In this document: piece by piece, positions 1 through 20,008 of the stretch
Layout of the letters: every line of letters starts with the position of its first letter
How positions within the stretch are numbered: the first letter of the stretch is position 1
Notes under the pieces: model-generated
What the model saw: only the letters and a program-made list of their open reading frames with translations
Databases searched by the model: none
What the model was told of the DNA's origin: nothing
Assembly (NCBI RefSeq): GCF_009914755.1
Contig: NC_060939.1
From: the human T2T-CHM13v2.0 reference genome, Homo sapiens
DNA length: 64,000 nucleotides
Reading direction: 5' to 3' (one strand)
Translations under genes and position numbers: made by a program

Positions 1-2043
<2,043 letters not shown>

Positions 2044-2107
2044 TATGATGCTAGCTGGTTATTTTGCCCGTCAATTGATGCAGTTTCTTCATAGTGTTGA
2101 TGTTCTT

Positions 2108-3116
2108 TGCAATTTGGTATGTTTTTGCTGTGGCTGGTACTGGTTGTTCCTTTCCATGTTTAGTGCTTCCTTCAGGAGCTCTAAGGCAGTCCTGATGGTG
2201 ACAAAATCTCTCAGCTTTATCGCTTGTCTGTAAAGGGTTTTATTTCTCCTTCACTTATGCAGCTTAGTTTGGCTGGATATGAAATTCTGGGTTGAAAATT
2301 CTTTTCTTTAATAATGTTGAATATTGGTCCCCACTCTCTTCTGGCTTGTAGGGTTTCTGCAGAGAGATCTGCTGCTTCCCTTTGTGGGTAACCCGACCTT
2401 TCTGGCTGCCCTTAACATTTTTTCCTTCATTTCAACCTTGGTGAATCTGACGATTATGGGTCTTGGGGTTGCTCTTCTTGAGGAGTATCTTTGTGGTGTT
2501 CTCTGTATTTCCTGAATTTGAATGTTGGCCTGTCTTGCTAGGTTGGGGAAGTTCTCCCCAACCTAGATAATATCCTGAAGAGTGTTTTCCAACTTGGTAC
2601 CATTCTCCCTGTCACTTTCAGATACACCAATCAAACGTAGATTTGGTCTTTTCACATAGTCCCATATTTCTTGGAGGCTTTGTTTATTCCTTTTTATTCT
2701 TTTTTCTCTAATCTTGTCTTCTCTCTTTATTTCATTAAGTTGATCTTCAATCACTGGTATCCTTTCTTCCACTTGATTGATTTGGCTATTGAAACTTGTG
2801 TATGCTTCATGAAGTTCTCGTGGTATATTTTTCAGCTCCATCAGGTCATTTATGTTCTTCTCTACACTGTTCTAGTTAGGAATTCGTCTAACCTTTTTTC
2901 AAGGTTCTTAGCTTCCTTGCATTGGGTTAGAACATGCTCCTTTAGTTTGGAGGAGTTTGTTATTACCCACCTTCTGAAGTCTACTTCTGTCAATTCATCA
3001 AACTCATTCTCCATCCAGTTTTGTTCCCTTGCTGACAAGGAGCTGTGATCCTTTGGAGGAGAAGAGGCATTTTGGTTTTTGGAATTTTCAGCCTTTTCCC
3101 ACTAGTTTCTCCCCAT
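2108..3116 (-). pseudogene. L1 ORF1 remnant
   Basis: ATG at 3116 reads ATG GGG AGA AAC TAG, a stop at codon 5. The ORF1p-like fragment 2563-2841 follows downstream. Confidence 0.85.
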
Positions 3117-4435
3117 CTTTGTGGATTTATCTACCTTTGGTCTTTGATGTTGGTGACCTTCAGATGGGATCTTTGGGTGGTTGTGCTATTCCTTTCTGTT
3201 TGTTAGCTTTCCTTCTGACAGGCCCCTCTGCTGCTGGTCTGCTAGAGTTTGCTGGAGGACCACTCCCGACCCTGTTTGCCTGGGCATCACCAGCAGAGGC
3301 TGCAGAACAGCAAAGATGCTGCCTGATCTTTCCCCTGGAAGCCTCGTCCCAGAGGGGCACCTGCCAGATGCCAGCCAGAGCTCTCCTGTATGAGGTGTCT
3401 GTCGGCCCCTACTGGGAGCTGTCTCCCAGTTAGGATACACGGGGATCAGGGACCCACTTGAGGAGGCAGTCTGACCCTTAGCAGAGCTTGAACACTGTGC
3501 TGGGAGATCTGCTGTGCTTTTCAGAGCTGTCAGGCAGGGACGTTTAAGTCTACTGAAGCTGCACCCACAGCCGCCCCTTTCCCCAGGTGCTCTGTCCCTT
3601 GGAGATGGGGATTTTATCTATAAGTCCCTGACTGGGGCTGCTGCCTTTTTTTCAGAGATGTCCTGCCTAGAGAAGAGAAATCTGGTAGTCTGGCCACAGC
3701 AGCCTTGCTGAGCTGCAGTGGACTCTGCCCAGTTCAAACTTCCCAGCAGCTTTGTTTACACTGTGAGCGTGAAACTGCCTACTCAAGCCTTAGCAATGGT
3801 GGTCGCCCCTCCCCCCCACCAAGCTAGAGTGTCCCGGGTCCATCTCAGACAGCTGCTGTGCTGGCAGTGGGAATTTCAAACTAGTGGATCTTACTTTGCT
3901 GGGCTCCATGGTGGTGGGACCCACTGAGCCAGACCACTTGGCTCCCTGGCTTCAGCACCCCTTTCCAGGGGAGTGAATGGTTCTATCTCACTGTCGTTCC
4001 AGGCGCCACTGGGGTATGGAAAAAAAGAACTCCTGCAGCTAGTTTGGTGTCTGCCCAAGTGGCCACCCAGTTTTGTGCTCGAAACCCAGGGCCCTGCTGG
4101 GGAAGGCATCAGAGGGAATCTCCTGGTTTGCGTGTTGCGAAGACAGTGGGACAAGTGCAGTATCTGTGCTGGAGTTCCTCAGGCTCAGTCCCTCACAGCT
4201 TCCCTTGGGTAGGGGAGAAAATTCCCTGACCTCTTGTGCTTCCCAGGTGAGGCAACGCCCCACCCTGCTTCAGCTCACTTTCTGTGGGTTGCACCCACTG
4301 TCCAACGAGTCCCAGTGAGATGAACCGGATACCTCAGTTGGAAATGCAGAAATCACCCATCTTCTGTGTCGACCTCGCTGGGAGCTGCAGACCGGAGCTG
4401 TTCCTATTTGGCCATCTTGCCAACAATCCCAGGTG

Positions 4436-4580
4436 CTATTTTTAAACCCATTTTCCAAATAAGGAAACTGAGGTGTGAAGAGGCGAAGTAGCCTGCCCAG
4501 AGTCATAGAGCTGGAAAATGGAAGCATTGAGATTGGCACCCTGGTTGTCAGGCCCCAGAATGTACGGGTGTGCTCTGCTG
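4436..4580. mobile_element. MIR fragment
   Basis: MIR core CCCATTTTCCAAATAAGGAAACTGAGG...TGCCCAGAGTCATAGAGC. Confidence 0.75.
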
Positions 4581-4631
4581 TCCTGCCTTCATGGGAGAGG
4601 CAGGGAGACGTATTTGATTGCCAACAGCCTG

Positions 4632-5013
4632 GGTTAGTCCATTTTCACAGTGCTATAAAGAACTATTCTTACCTGAGACTGGGTAATGTATAAAGAAAAG
4701 AGGTTTAATTGACTCACAGTTCTGCAGGCTTAAGGAAACTTACAATCATGGTGGAAGGCAAAGAGGAAGCAAGCACATCTTACCACCACAAAGCAGGAGA
4801 GGGAGAGAGAGAGGAGACAGAGGAGAGAGAAAAAGAAAGTGCCACACAAATTTAAACCGTTAGATCTCATGAGAATTCATTCACTATCATGAGAACAGCA
4901 AGGGGGAAATCTGCCCCTGTGATCCAATCACCTCCCACCAGGCCCCTCCCTCAACACATGGGGATTACAAGTTGAGATGAGATTTGGGTGGGGACACAGA
5001 GGGAAACATATCA
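4632..5013 (-). mobile_element. MST (ERVL-MaLR) solo LTR
   Basis: TTAGTCCATTTTCACAGTGCTATAAAGAA...AAAGAGGTTTAATTGACTCACAGTTC...GAGATTTGGGTGGGGACACAG..CATATCA is typical of MST/THE1 LTRs. Confidence 0.9.
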
Positions 5014-7405
5014 CTGCCTCATACGACATTCTAGAGGGCAGGAGATACTCACCCAAGTTGACGTAGTAAGACAAGTGAATTGTAAAAGTAACCCAAGGTG
5101 GTTTCCTCTGCAGGTCGGACTAGAGATGGGAGACTGGGAGGAAAACTTATATTTTCTGTTATTTTATATACTCCTGAACCATTTGAATTGTTATTACTAT
5201 GTAAATGGATTACTTTCATAATTTAAAAATCCTATCCCTCCTTCAAGGCCTTGTTAAAAAGTTTCCTCCAAAAGCTTCTCTAATTCCCTCACTAAAAAAT
5301 GGGTTCTCCATCCTTTGAGCTCCTGTGGAGTTTGATTTCTCCCCTCCTTAGAACCCACTACTTCTGACTTTACTATAGTTGCCCTTGAAAATGTCTTGAG
5401 GACAGTCTTTGTCAGATTTTCCTGGCATATCTCCATAGCCTTGGTGCCATGCCCTGCCTATCGTAGGTGTTTGGTCAATGTTGAATGAGCTGGATAAGTG
5501 GATTTTGCTAATGCCAGACTGTATCCATTTCATTTCCTTCAATTCAGGGAACTCAGAAGACACAGCTTAGGTTATTTCCATGTGTCAGTCATTTCGCTGC
5601 CCCTGGGAAAGAAGGAAATGGAAAAAGAAAGAAGTGTAGAGTGGACACTCTGTCCCATCTGCCTATAAAGACAGAATCACAGAATATCAACACTGAAATG
5701 GATCTTAGATCATTGTGTTCAACCCCATGATTTTTATAATACAGGTGAGGAAACTGAGGCCAGGGAATGAAAAAGACTTGAAAGACCACAACTAAATTTC
5801 CTGTTCAATTGTAGGACTTGTATCAGCTTAGGTTTTTAAGTAGTTTTTCCTCATCATCAAAGCAATATGTGTTCAATGCTTACCTTGGTTTTTTTTTTTT
5901 TCTATATTCTCTCTGTATTTCTACCTGAACATGGTTTTGAGCTTTTAATGGTGGTCTCTGCATGTAATGTTGCAAGCTGGCACAGATTCTTTTTGGATGT
6001 TAGTAGATGATGGCTGGGTGAATGGAAGGATGAATTAGTGACTTTCCCAGGATCACATGGCAGTCAGCAACAGAGCTGGAACTCAGCTAACCATCCTGCT
6101 GAGGGATGTCAAGTAGCTGAAGTACCTGGTGCAAAAGAGCTTCAGAGTTGCCATGACAACTACAGTAGTCTTCTAATTTCCATCATCTGAGTAAGGATCA
6201 GGACCAGAACCTTATTTACAGGCACAGAGGTTAAAACCCAATGGAAGAAAGGACTCTGCAGTAAGCAGTTTGTTGAGAACACCGGGACTGGTCTGAAAGA
6301 TAGGCTGAGATAAATCATCCAGAGGACAGACACTGTTATCCAGGCAGTGCCCTGTCTGAAGAGATCCAGGAGGTAGACGCAAGTTCCAGAACTGGTGCAG
6401 GCACTGACACATTGGGAGACTTTGGGAAGGTCACCACTCTGGGCTTTGGCTTCTTTACCTATGAAGTGATATAGTCGGACTAGTTCCTACATTATATCCA
6501 AGGATTCTTCTAGTAGGGAAATGCTCTAACTCCACAACAGACAAATGTCAGTATCTAGAAAATGCAATCCTACTGCTCCTAGTATTTCAGTCTCAGACCC
6601 ACAAAGAGGGGATACACCGCTCCCACCTCCTTTATCACCCTCAGACTGCACTCCCCTCTCACAGCCAGAGCAGAGGGAGAGCACCCTGCAGGCAGGTCAT
6701 TTCCCCACGCCTGGCCAGCTGCCAACACAGGTTGGGGGTAGATGCTCGGAGGTGGCTTGATATGCTTCAAGGACTGCCCTCCATTGGACGGGGCACTTGG
6801 GAGCCACTCCAGCTATGCATGGCAAACAGCAGCATCCCCAACTGGAATTAGGGGTGTGCCTTCCTCCTACTGCATACAGATGGAGGCTGTGGGAGGCCGA
6901 CAGTACTGGAAGAAGCCACCTGGGCTGGAGGGCTAGGTGATTGGGTGACCTGCGGCAACTCTTCACTCACCCATATCCAGGCCCCTAACATTATGTCCCC
7001 TAGTGTCTTCATGACACTAGGATGGGACCTCTCCATCCTCTCTACCTTCTTATACTCTTCCTCACTTATACCTCATTCATTTAACAACTATTTCTTGAGC
7101 AGCTTTGTTCTTGGTGCTGCAAAGACAGTTATCTTGAAATGAAATCCCTGCTTCCAAGTAACTTACATTCTAGTGGGGAAGATCATAAATAATTATCATA
7201 AAATTTATTCAGAAGGTGAGACATGTTCTGAAGAAAAATAAAGCTGGGAGATAGGGAATGTGGGCGGGGTGGCTGCTATTTTAATTAGGGTGGTCAGGGG
7301 AGTCTTTGTGAATAAGGTGACATTTGTGCAAAGACCTGAAGGAGATGAGAGAATGTAAGCCATGGACACCTGAGAGAAGAGCATTCCAGGTGGAGAAAGG
7401 TCTCA

Positions 7406-7849
<444 letters not shown>

Positions 7850-8110
7850 TCATGCACTGGCCAGGATAGGAAGCCATGGGAGGTGGTAAACGGGGAGCAA
7901 GTCATCTGACTTGGGTTTCTGCTATGTGGAGGACAGGCAAAGGGGGAAGCAGGGAGACAGGAGTCTATGGCAGTAATCGGCCGAGAGATAGTGGGGGTTT
8001 GGACCAGGATGAGAGAGGTGGTGAGCAGTGGTACAATTTGGGAGGTATTATGAAGGTAAAACTGACATACTCGCTAACAGATCGGATGTGGGGCATGAAA
8101 GGGAGGAGTC

Positions 8111-8354
8111 AGCCAGGCAGGTAGTTCGTGCCTGTAATTCCAGCATTTTGGGAGGCCAAGGCAGGAGGATTGCTTGAGCCCAGGAGTTCAAGAACAGCCT
8201 GGGCAAAGTCTCAAAACCCCATCTCTGCCAAAAAAAAAAATCAGCCAGTCATGGTGGTGTGTGCCTGTATCCCAGCTACTTGGGAGGCTGAGGTGGGAGG
8301 ATTGCTTGAGCCCAGGAGGTTAAGGCTGCAGTAAGCCATGATCACACCACTCTC
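8111..8354 (+). mobile_element. AluJ, 3'-truncated
   Basis: GGATTGCTTGAGCCCAGGAG in both arms; no tail. Confidence 0.88.
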
Positions 8355-8358
8355 TCTA

Positions 8359-9358
<1,000 letters not shown>

Positions 9359-9426
9359 ATATGTCTCGAGATGTGGTGAGATTTCCAGGGCAGCGGATGG
9401 AGAAACGTGAGCATTTAGAAGTTGGG

Positions 9427-9509
9427 GGCCCGGCGCGGTGGCTCACGCCTGTAATCCCAGCACTTTGGGAGGCCGAGGCGGGCGGATCATGAGGTCAGGA
9501 GATGGAGAC
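9427..9509 (+). mobile_element. Young Alu (AluY-like) 5' fragment
   Basis: First ~83 nt of an Alu with CpGs intact; ends abruptly. Confidence 0.88.
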
Positions 9510-9827
9510 GCTGCAGATAAGAGGGAGGCTGTGACGGGGGAGCATGTGGAGGTTTGCTCGTGATTGCTCGATTTCCCAGGGAAATGAGGAGGTCATCAGC
9601 TGAGAGTGTGAACAGAGGCGTTGGATGTGTGAGGAGAGGGGAGAAGGTGTAAAGTAGTCAGTCATCCAGGAAAGAGGGAGATTGTTGGGATTAGGGGATG
9701 GCAGTGGCATTGCTGGGCTGTCCCACAGGCCTGATTGAAGTTTGTGTTCCTGTCAGAGCCAGCTTCCAGGATTGACTGTTTTGCCTTTGTGTACTCACCT
9801 ATGCAATCTTTTCTTATTGAAAGTTTC

Positions 9828-10162
<335 letters not shown>

Positions 10163-10357
10163 TTATTCCACTTCACTACCCCCTTGTGAGCCCCACAAAC
10201 CATGGTCCTCCAAGGCACAGCCTGGGGTCCCCCTCTGAGGCTTCCCTGGAACCTCTTCCCTTTCATCTCCCTGGTGCATCCATACTTTGCTCATCCCTTT
10301 CTCGAATGCTAATCGTGTCACTTTGTCATTATTTGCTGACATGTCTGTTACTCTAAG

Positions 10358-10579
10358 GCAGGGATCAGAAAAATTCTTCTGTAAATGGCTAAATAGTGAA
10401 TACTTTAGGTTTTCTGGGACACATGGTCTCTGTTGCACTATTCAATCTTCCATTGTAGTACAAAAGCAGTCTGACAGTATATAAATGATTGAGCATGGCT
10501 GTGTTCCAGTGAAACACTGCTTACAAAAACAGGCAGTGGGCTGGTTGTGGCTTGTAGGCCATGATTTGCCAAGCGCTGC
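10358..10579. mobile_element. MER58A-like DNA transposon
   Basis: TTCTGTAAATGGCTAAATAGTGAATACTTTAGG...CATGGCTGTGTTCCAGTGAAAC...ACAAAAACAGGCAGTGGGCTGG. Confidence 0.85.
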
Positions 10580-10800
10580 TCAAAGAGATGGCAGGAATGA
10601 TGTCTCCATTATCTCCATAGCCCCCATACCTGGTGTGGGATCTGGGCACCAGGCAGGGGCTCAGGAAATGTTTGAATGGATGAGAGATGAATGGATGTGC
10701 TAGAGTAGGTGGTTAGGCCTGCCAAGATATGTACATTATAGACAGTGTTCCCTCCTATATACAGGTTCCAGCAGATTTGTCAATGGCCAGTTTTATTACA

Positions 10801-10997
10801 GTAACATTGTGTACAGGGAAGGTTTTCATATGGAAACATGAGCCTGGATACCCAGGAAAGATCAAAGGTGGCCTCACGTTCTACTGTGTTCATGCTAAAC
10901 TGCCACCCTGTCTAGCAACCTCTCTCCTCCAGATTCCCAGATGCACAGGCCCCCAGTTTAGCGGGATCAGGCTTTTCACAAACAAGCCCTCTGTGTT
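10801..10997 (+). repeat. Non-Alu inverted repeat, arm A (partner 13497-13692)
   Basis: Manual alignment to the reverse complement of 13497-13692 gives about 22 mismatches and 1 gap over ~197 nt. Confidence 0.95.
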
Positions 10998-11239
10998 CAT
11001 CCTCCCTCTGCACTGTTTCTGTGTTCCCCTCTGCCTCCCATCCCCCAGCCCCTGCAAAGAATAAGTACTCATCAGGTACCTGCCACGTGCACGGCATGGT
11101 GGGAGAATCAAAGATCCGCACTGAAGGAGCTCACAGTCTGGTACATCCCACTGGGAGTGCCCTCTCCCTACCCGTGTCATATTCACAACTGACTTCCTTA
11201 ACTGCCCCCCAAACCATCTGATTTCCCCCATCCTTTCTA

Positions 11240-11805
<566 letters not shown>

Positions 11806-11937
11806 TTCTTTCCTGCTTCTTCCAAGTCCTGCTCTCTGGTGGGCTCTCTTGGGTATGAGTTGATGGTGGATGTTATCTTCCCAACCACACGTAAACTCAC
11901 AGAGCACAAGGACAGTAGAGTATGCTTTTGTTTCTTC

Positions 11938-12256
11938 TAGACTGTCTCTGTCCCACGGAAATATAACATAAACCATGTATGCCATTTAAAATTTTCTAGT
12001 TAGCACATTTTAAAAAGTGAAAAGAAACAGGTAAAAATAATTTTAATATCTTTTATTTAACCAATATGTCCAGAGTATTATTATTTCAACATGTAATCAA
12101 TAGAAAATATTGTCAATGAGATATTTTGCATTCTTTCATTCATACGAGGTTTTCAGTTTCCAGTGTGTATTTTACAAGCACGGCACATTTCAGATGAGCT
12201 AGCTGCATTTCAAGTGCTCAGCAGCCAGGCGTGGCTCGTTGCCCTCATACCAGAGT
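11938..12256. mobile_element. MER33 DNA transposon
   Basis: TTTAAAATTTTCTAGT...TTTCAACATGTAATCAATA...CAGTGTGTATTTTACA...ATTTCAAGTGCTCA. Confidence 0.82.
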
Positions 12257-12289
12257 ATGTCGCTCACACAGGGCACATGGTAAATGTCT

Positions 12290-12760
12290 AATAAGTGACT
12301 GCGTTGAGTACTTCCTGGGAGGTGCCTTACACTTACATTCTAATCCTCATAGCACCATTATGAAAGAAACTGTTATGCCCATTTTCCATATGAGCAAACT
12401 GAGAGTTAAGAGCTTTCTTGCACCCAACTAGTAAGTAAGTTATAAAGTTCAGATTTGAACCCAACTCTGAGTCCAGAGCCTGTCCTAAAATAGAATATTC
12501 AAGCCCTGGAAGATTCTTTAGAAAATTATTCAACGTGTAGCTCCATAAATATCACTTGTGTTCCCAGCACCTAGTCATGTGTCAGCCATGTCCCAGGGGC
12601 TCAAATATAGTATTTGAATGAATTAATCTGATCTCACATTACAGATGTGGAAACTGAGATCCAGAAAGGGAAAGAGACTTGTCTAGATCATTCAAAAGGA
12701 GGAAGTCTACTCTAGAACCCACACTGCTGATTCCCACTGCACTACTCTTATTCCATATCC
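12290..12760. mobile_element. MIR and L2 fragments
   Basis: CCCATTTTCCATATGAGCAAACTGAG, TTACAGATGTGGAAACTGAG and an L2 tail TTTGAATGAAT. Confidence 0.65.
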
Positions 12761-13309
12761 TTCTGTCATCCCAAGAAACCATAGGAGTTCAACATCTGAA
12801 GCTTTCTTTGCTTTGGGGGGAACATTTTAGCAGGCACCCTCTTCCCTTTGTCCACAACCTCAGAACTTGCCATACATCGTCCTTTTTCATTCTCTTCCTT
12901 TCTCCTTACTCTGGCTACCCAGCAGCCTAAAGGGTGGCAGAGCAGCTGAGCCTGGCTACGTGAGGCTCCAAGGAAGCCTGCACAAACAAGCAAAGCTCAT
13001 TGCACGGGGGCACCACCCCCAGCTTCTATCTCAGGGTCATGCTCTGTCGTGACAACTTGAGCCATTTCCCTGGCAGGAGGGCAGCACGAATCTCCGAGAG
13101 GGTCACACTAACCTGCAGCCAGTGGCTGCCTGCCATGCCTGGATGCCTGGCATTGGAGCCTGGTTGCTGAGGCACCCTCGGGTTTGCTCAGTGCCCAGCC
13201 AGTCAGCAGCCTTCCAGGGAACTCCCAGCAGTCTCCTCCAGACAGGGTCACAAGAAATGTCATAGATTGTAGAAGCTTAGAACTGAAAGGGAATTTAAAG
13301 ATCATTCAT

Positions 13310-13480
13310 CCCAGTGCTTTTCAAACTGTAACGTCTTATAAATCTCCTGGGGATCCTGTTAAGCTACAGATTCCTGATTCACTGGGCCTGGGATGGGGTC
13401 TGAGGATTTGCATTTCTAATGAGCTCCCAGGTGATGCCAGTGCTGCTGCTGGACCCGGGACCGCACTTTGAAAAGCAAGG
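13310..13480. mobile_element. MER5A DNA transposon inside a MIR fragment
   Basis: CAGATTCCTGATTCA...TGCATTTCTAATGAGCTCCCAGGTGATGC...GGGACCGCACTTTGA. Confidence 0.85.
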
Positions 13481-13496
13481 ATCTAAGAAATCAAGA

Positions 13497-13692
13497 AACA
13501 CAGAGGGCTTCTTTGTGAAGAGCCTGGTCCATTGAACTGGGGGCCTGTGCACCTGGGAACCAAGAGAAGAGAGGTAGCTAGACAGGGTAGCAGTTTAGCA
13601 TTGATGTAGTAGAAGGTGAGACCATCTTTGATCTTTCCTGGGTATCCAGGCTCATGTTTCCATGTGAAAACCTTCCCTGTACACAATGTTAC
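13497..13692 (-). repeat. Non-Alu inverted repeat, arm B
   Basis: Reverse complement of 10801-10997 at about 88% identity. Confidence 0.95.
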
Positions 13693-14405
13693 ATTCTTGT
13701 CACCCCTTTGTTAGAGGTGAGAAAACTTAAGTGTGGGGGAGATTAATTAAATTCAGGGTACAAGTCTCCTAAGTAATAACTATGGTACTAACTGTATTTA
13801 CTATCTGTAGAAATTTTTGGCACTCATCATAAACTACTTTAATATCCTCTCCTTCCAACTAGACTGTTGGAAGCAAGGCTGTATCTTACTCTCCTGTGTA
13901 TCTCCCTTTGGTCCCACCCGAGAGGCCACATGAGCTGTGGAAAGCACATTACCTGGGACCGGGTCACCTGAGAAGATCTTTGTATCAGATGTTCCTGGGA
14001 TCAAAGGCACAGTGGAATGAGCCCCAAGTTGGAACCAGAAAGACCTCAGCAGGTAGCAGACCTGAAGTGCAAGGTGAGGCTGGAAGTGGAAACAGAATGC
14101 AGGAGTTGGCAAGCTGTCCAAAGGGTCAGGTGGAGTTGTTCTGAACTCAGTCCATGGATTGAGAGGGAAGGCTGCTGGCTCACCTCATTATGTGGTGCCC
14201 AGGGCATGAGAAAGAGGCAGTGGGGCCATTTTTCAAGCAAGAAGCCAGGCCCAACACCAGGTTCCTCCCAAGGCTGTAGGATTTATTGAATAAATGCATA
14301 AAGAAAGGCCAAAAAAAACACAGCAGTGATAATTAAACATTTTTAAAGACTCCGCATGCTTGGCAATGATTACACACTTTCTGGCACACTTCAAAAGTGG
14401 CAATA

Positions 14406-15411
<1,006 letters not shown>

Positions 15412-15574
15412 TTAGATGTTAGTAAGTTGGGTTCTGTTCAGAGCAGACACAAAGCCAAGTCAAGCCCATAGACATGGACTGCCAAACAGGGTTGCCCAGT
15501 AGGTGCTGGAGGTCAAAGATCACCCAGGTGTATCTGTCTGCTGTGGTGCTTATTTTCCCAAAGGTAGAAAAAGA

Positions 15575-17365
<1,791 letters not shown>

Positions 17366-17923
17366 TAATGTGCTACCAAATTATTCCAAGAGAAGATCAG
17401 TTGCTGGACGATTGCTCAGCCACGTTTCTCCTTAGGCACAAAGATGACCTTGCACATCTGCTGCAGATGGCACCTCCACCCAGCTGTCCCCAGCACAGCA
17501 TTGACTTGTCGAGAGCTGTCCTTTGAGTCTGATGGATTATTGAGACTTTTTGAATGCAGGAAGCACACTCATGGGGCCATCCAAGGGCCTTGCATTATTT
17601 TTCTGCCTTTGAAAAGCCACTGAACTAAATTTGGCAGATAAAAATATGCCTGAGAGATTTCTTTCTTAATTTGCTGATTATGAGCCCTGACCGTAAGGAG
17701 CTTACGGTCTAGAGTAGATGGTATGTGAGCATAAACCACTATAACACAAGGTAAACTATGATTCATAGTCTGGGAGAGGTACCGTTGAAGTGGGCAAGAG
17801 AGAGAGGAAATCCAGCCCCTCCCCACTGGCCTCAAGTGGAAGCAGTGACACCAGTTCTGAAAGTTTGGATTGGAGGGCCAGGTAGGAGTGAGACTCCTAC
17901 CCACTCCTATGAAATATGTTCTG

Positions 17924-18298
<375 letters not shown>

Positions 18299-18482
18299 CT
18301 AGGAACAGATAGGTGGCTGGAGCACAGTGTAGAGAAGGATAAGGAATGGCTTAAAAGGCTGGGGCCAGATGGTGGAAGGCTCTGAATTCCTGGCCAAGGA
18401 ATTGAGAGCATGTTCAGTAAGCAGTAGGCACCTCTGCAGGTTTGAGTCAGGGAATAAGCAGATCACACTGCGCTTCAGAAGA

Positions 18483-18498
18483 GTCACCAGGTGGCAGC
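18483..18498 (+). promoter_or_regulatory. Candidate CTCF site
   Basis: GTCACCAGGTGGCAGC matches the CTCF core CCASYAGRKGGCRS except at the first base. Confidence 0.45.
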
Positions 18499-18519
18499 GT
18501 ATAGGATGTGCCTGAAGCA

Positions 18520-18869
<350 letters not shown>

Positions 18870-19081
18870 CTACTTCAGGGCAGTTACAAGGACCCAGACA
18901 GTTGGAAGCTGTCTCTTCTGCGTCTGCACTCCCACGGCCCTTTATCAGTACTTCTCTTAGGTACTTACCAATTTTTACCTTATCTACATTTTTAATTAAA
19001 AATAGTTGTGGTTCATTATAAAGGAAAATTAGACAGTATAGAAAAATATAAATTGTAATCCCACCATCCATTAAATAACTA

Positions 19082-19425
<344 letters not shown>

Positions 19426-19878
19426 CTCAGATATCTTTCTATATACATCACACTATATTGTTTTGTTTTGCTTTTATAAAAGGTAACATACTTTTAGAAA
19501 CTACTTTTTCAAATTACTGTATAGTGGACATCTTTCCTTGCCAATATATCTAGATTTTTTATAGTTTTTTGTCTTCTGTTTTTTTAAATTGTGGTAAAAC
19601 GTACATGAAATTTACTGTTATGACATTTAGCGCATCCACAGTGTTGTGCAATCATTACTACTATTTAGCTCCGAAACATTTTCATCACCCCACAAGGAAA
19701 CCCCATTAAAGTCACTCTCTCCCACCAGTCCCTGTCAACCACTAATCTGCTTTTTTATCCATTCTATTTCTTATAAATGGAATCACACAATATGTGGCCT
19801 TTTGTGTCTGGCTTTCACTTGCCATAATGTGTTCAAGGTTCATCATGTCTAGATTTGTTAATAGAAATATCCCTTGTT

Positions 19879-20008
19879 GGCCAGGCACAGTGGCTCACAC
19901 CCATAATCCCAGCACTTTGGGAAACCAAGGCAGGAAGATTGCTTGAGCCCAGGAGTTTGAGACCAGCCTGGGCAACATAGTGAGACCCCACCTCTATTTT
20001 TTTAAAAA
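19879..20008 (+). mobile_element. FLAM_C Alu monomer
   Basis: Single left arm; TSD AGAAATATCCCTTGT. Confidence 0.88.
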
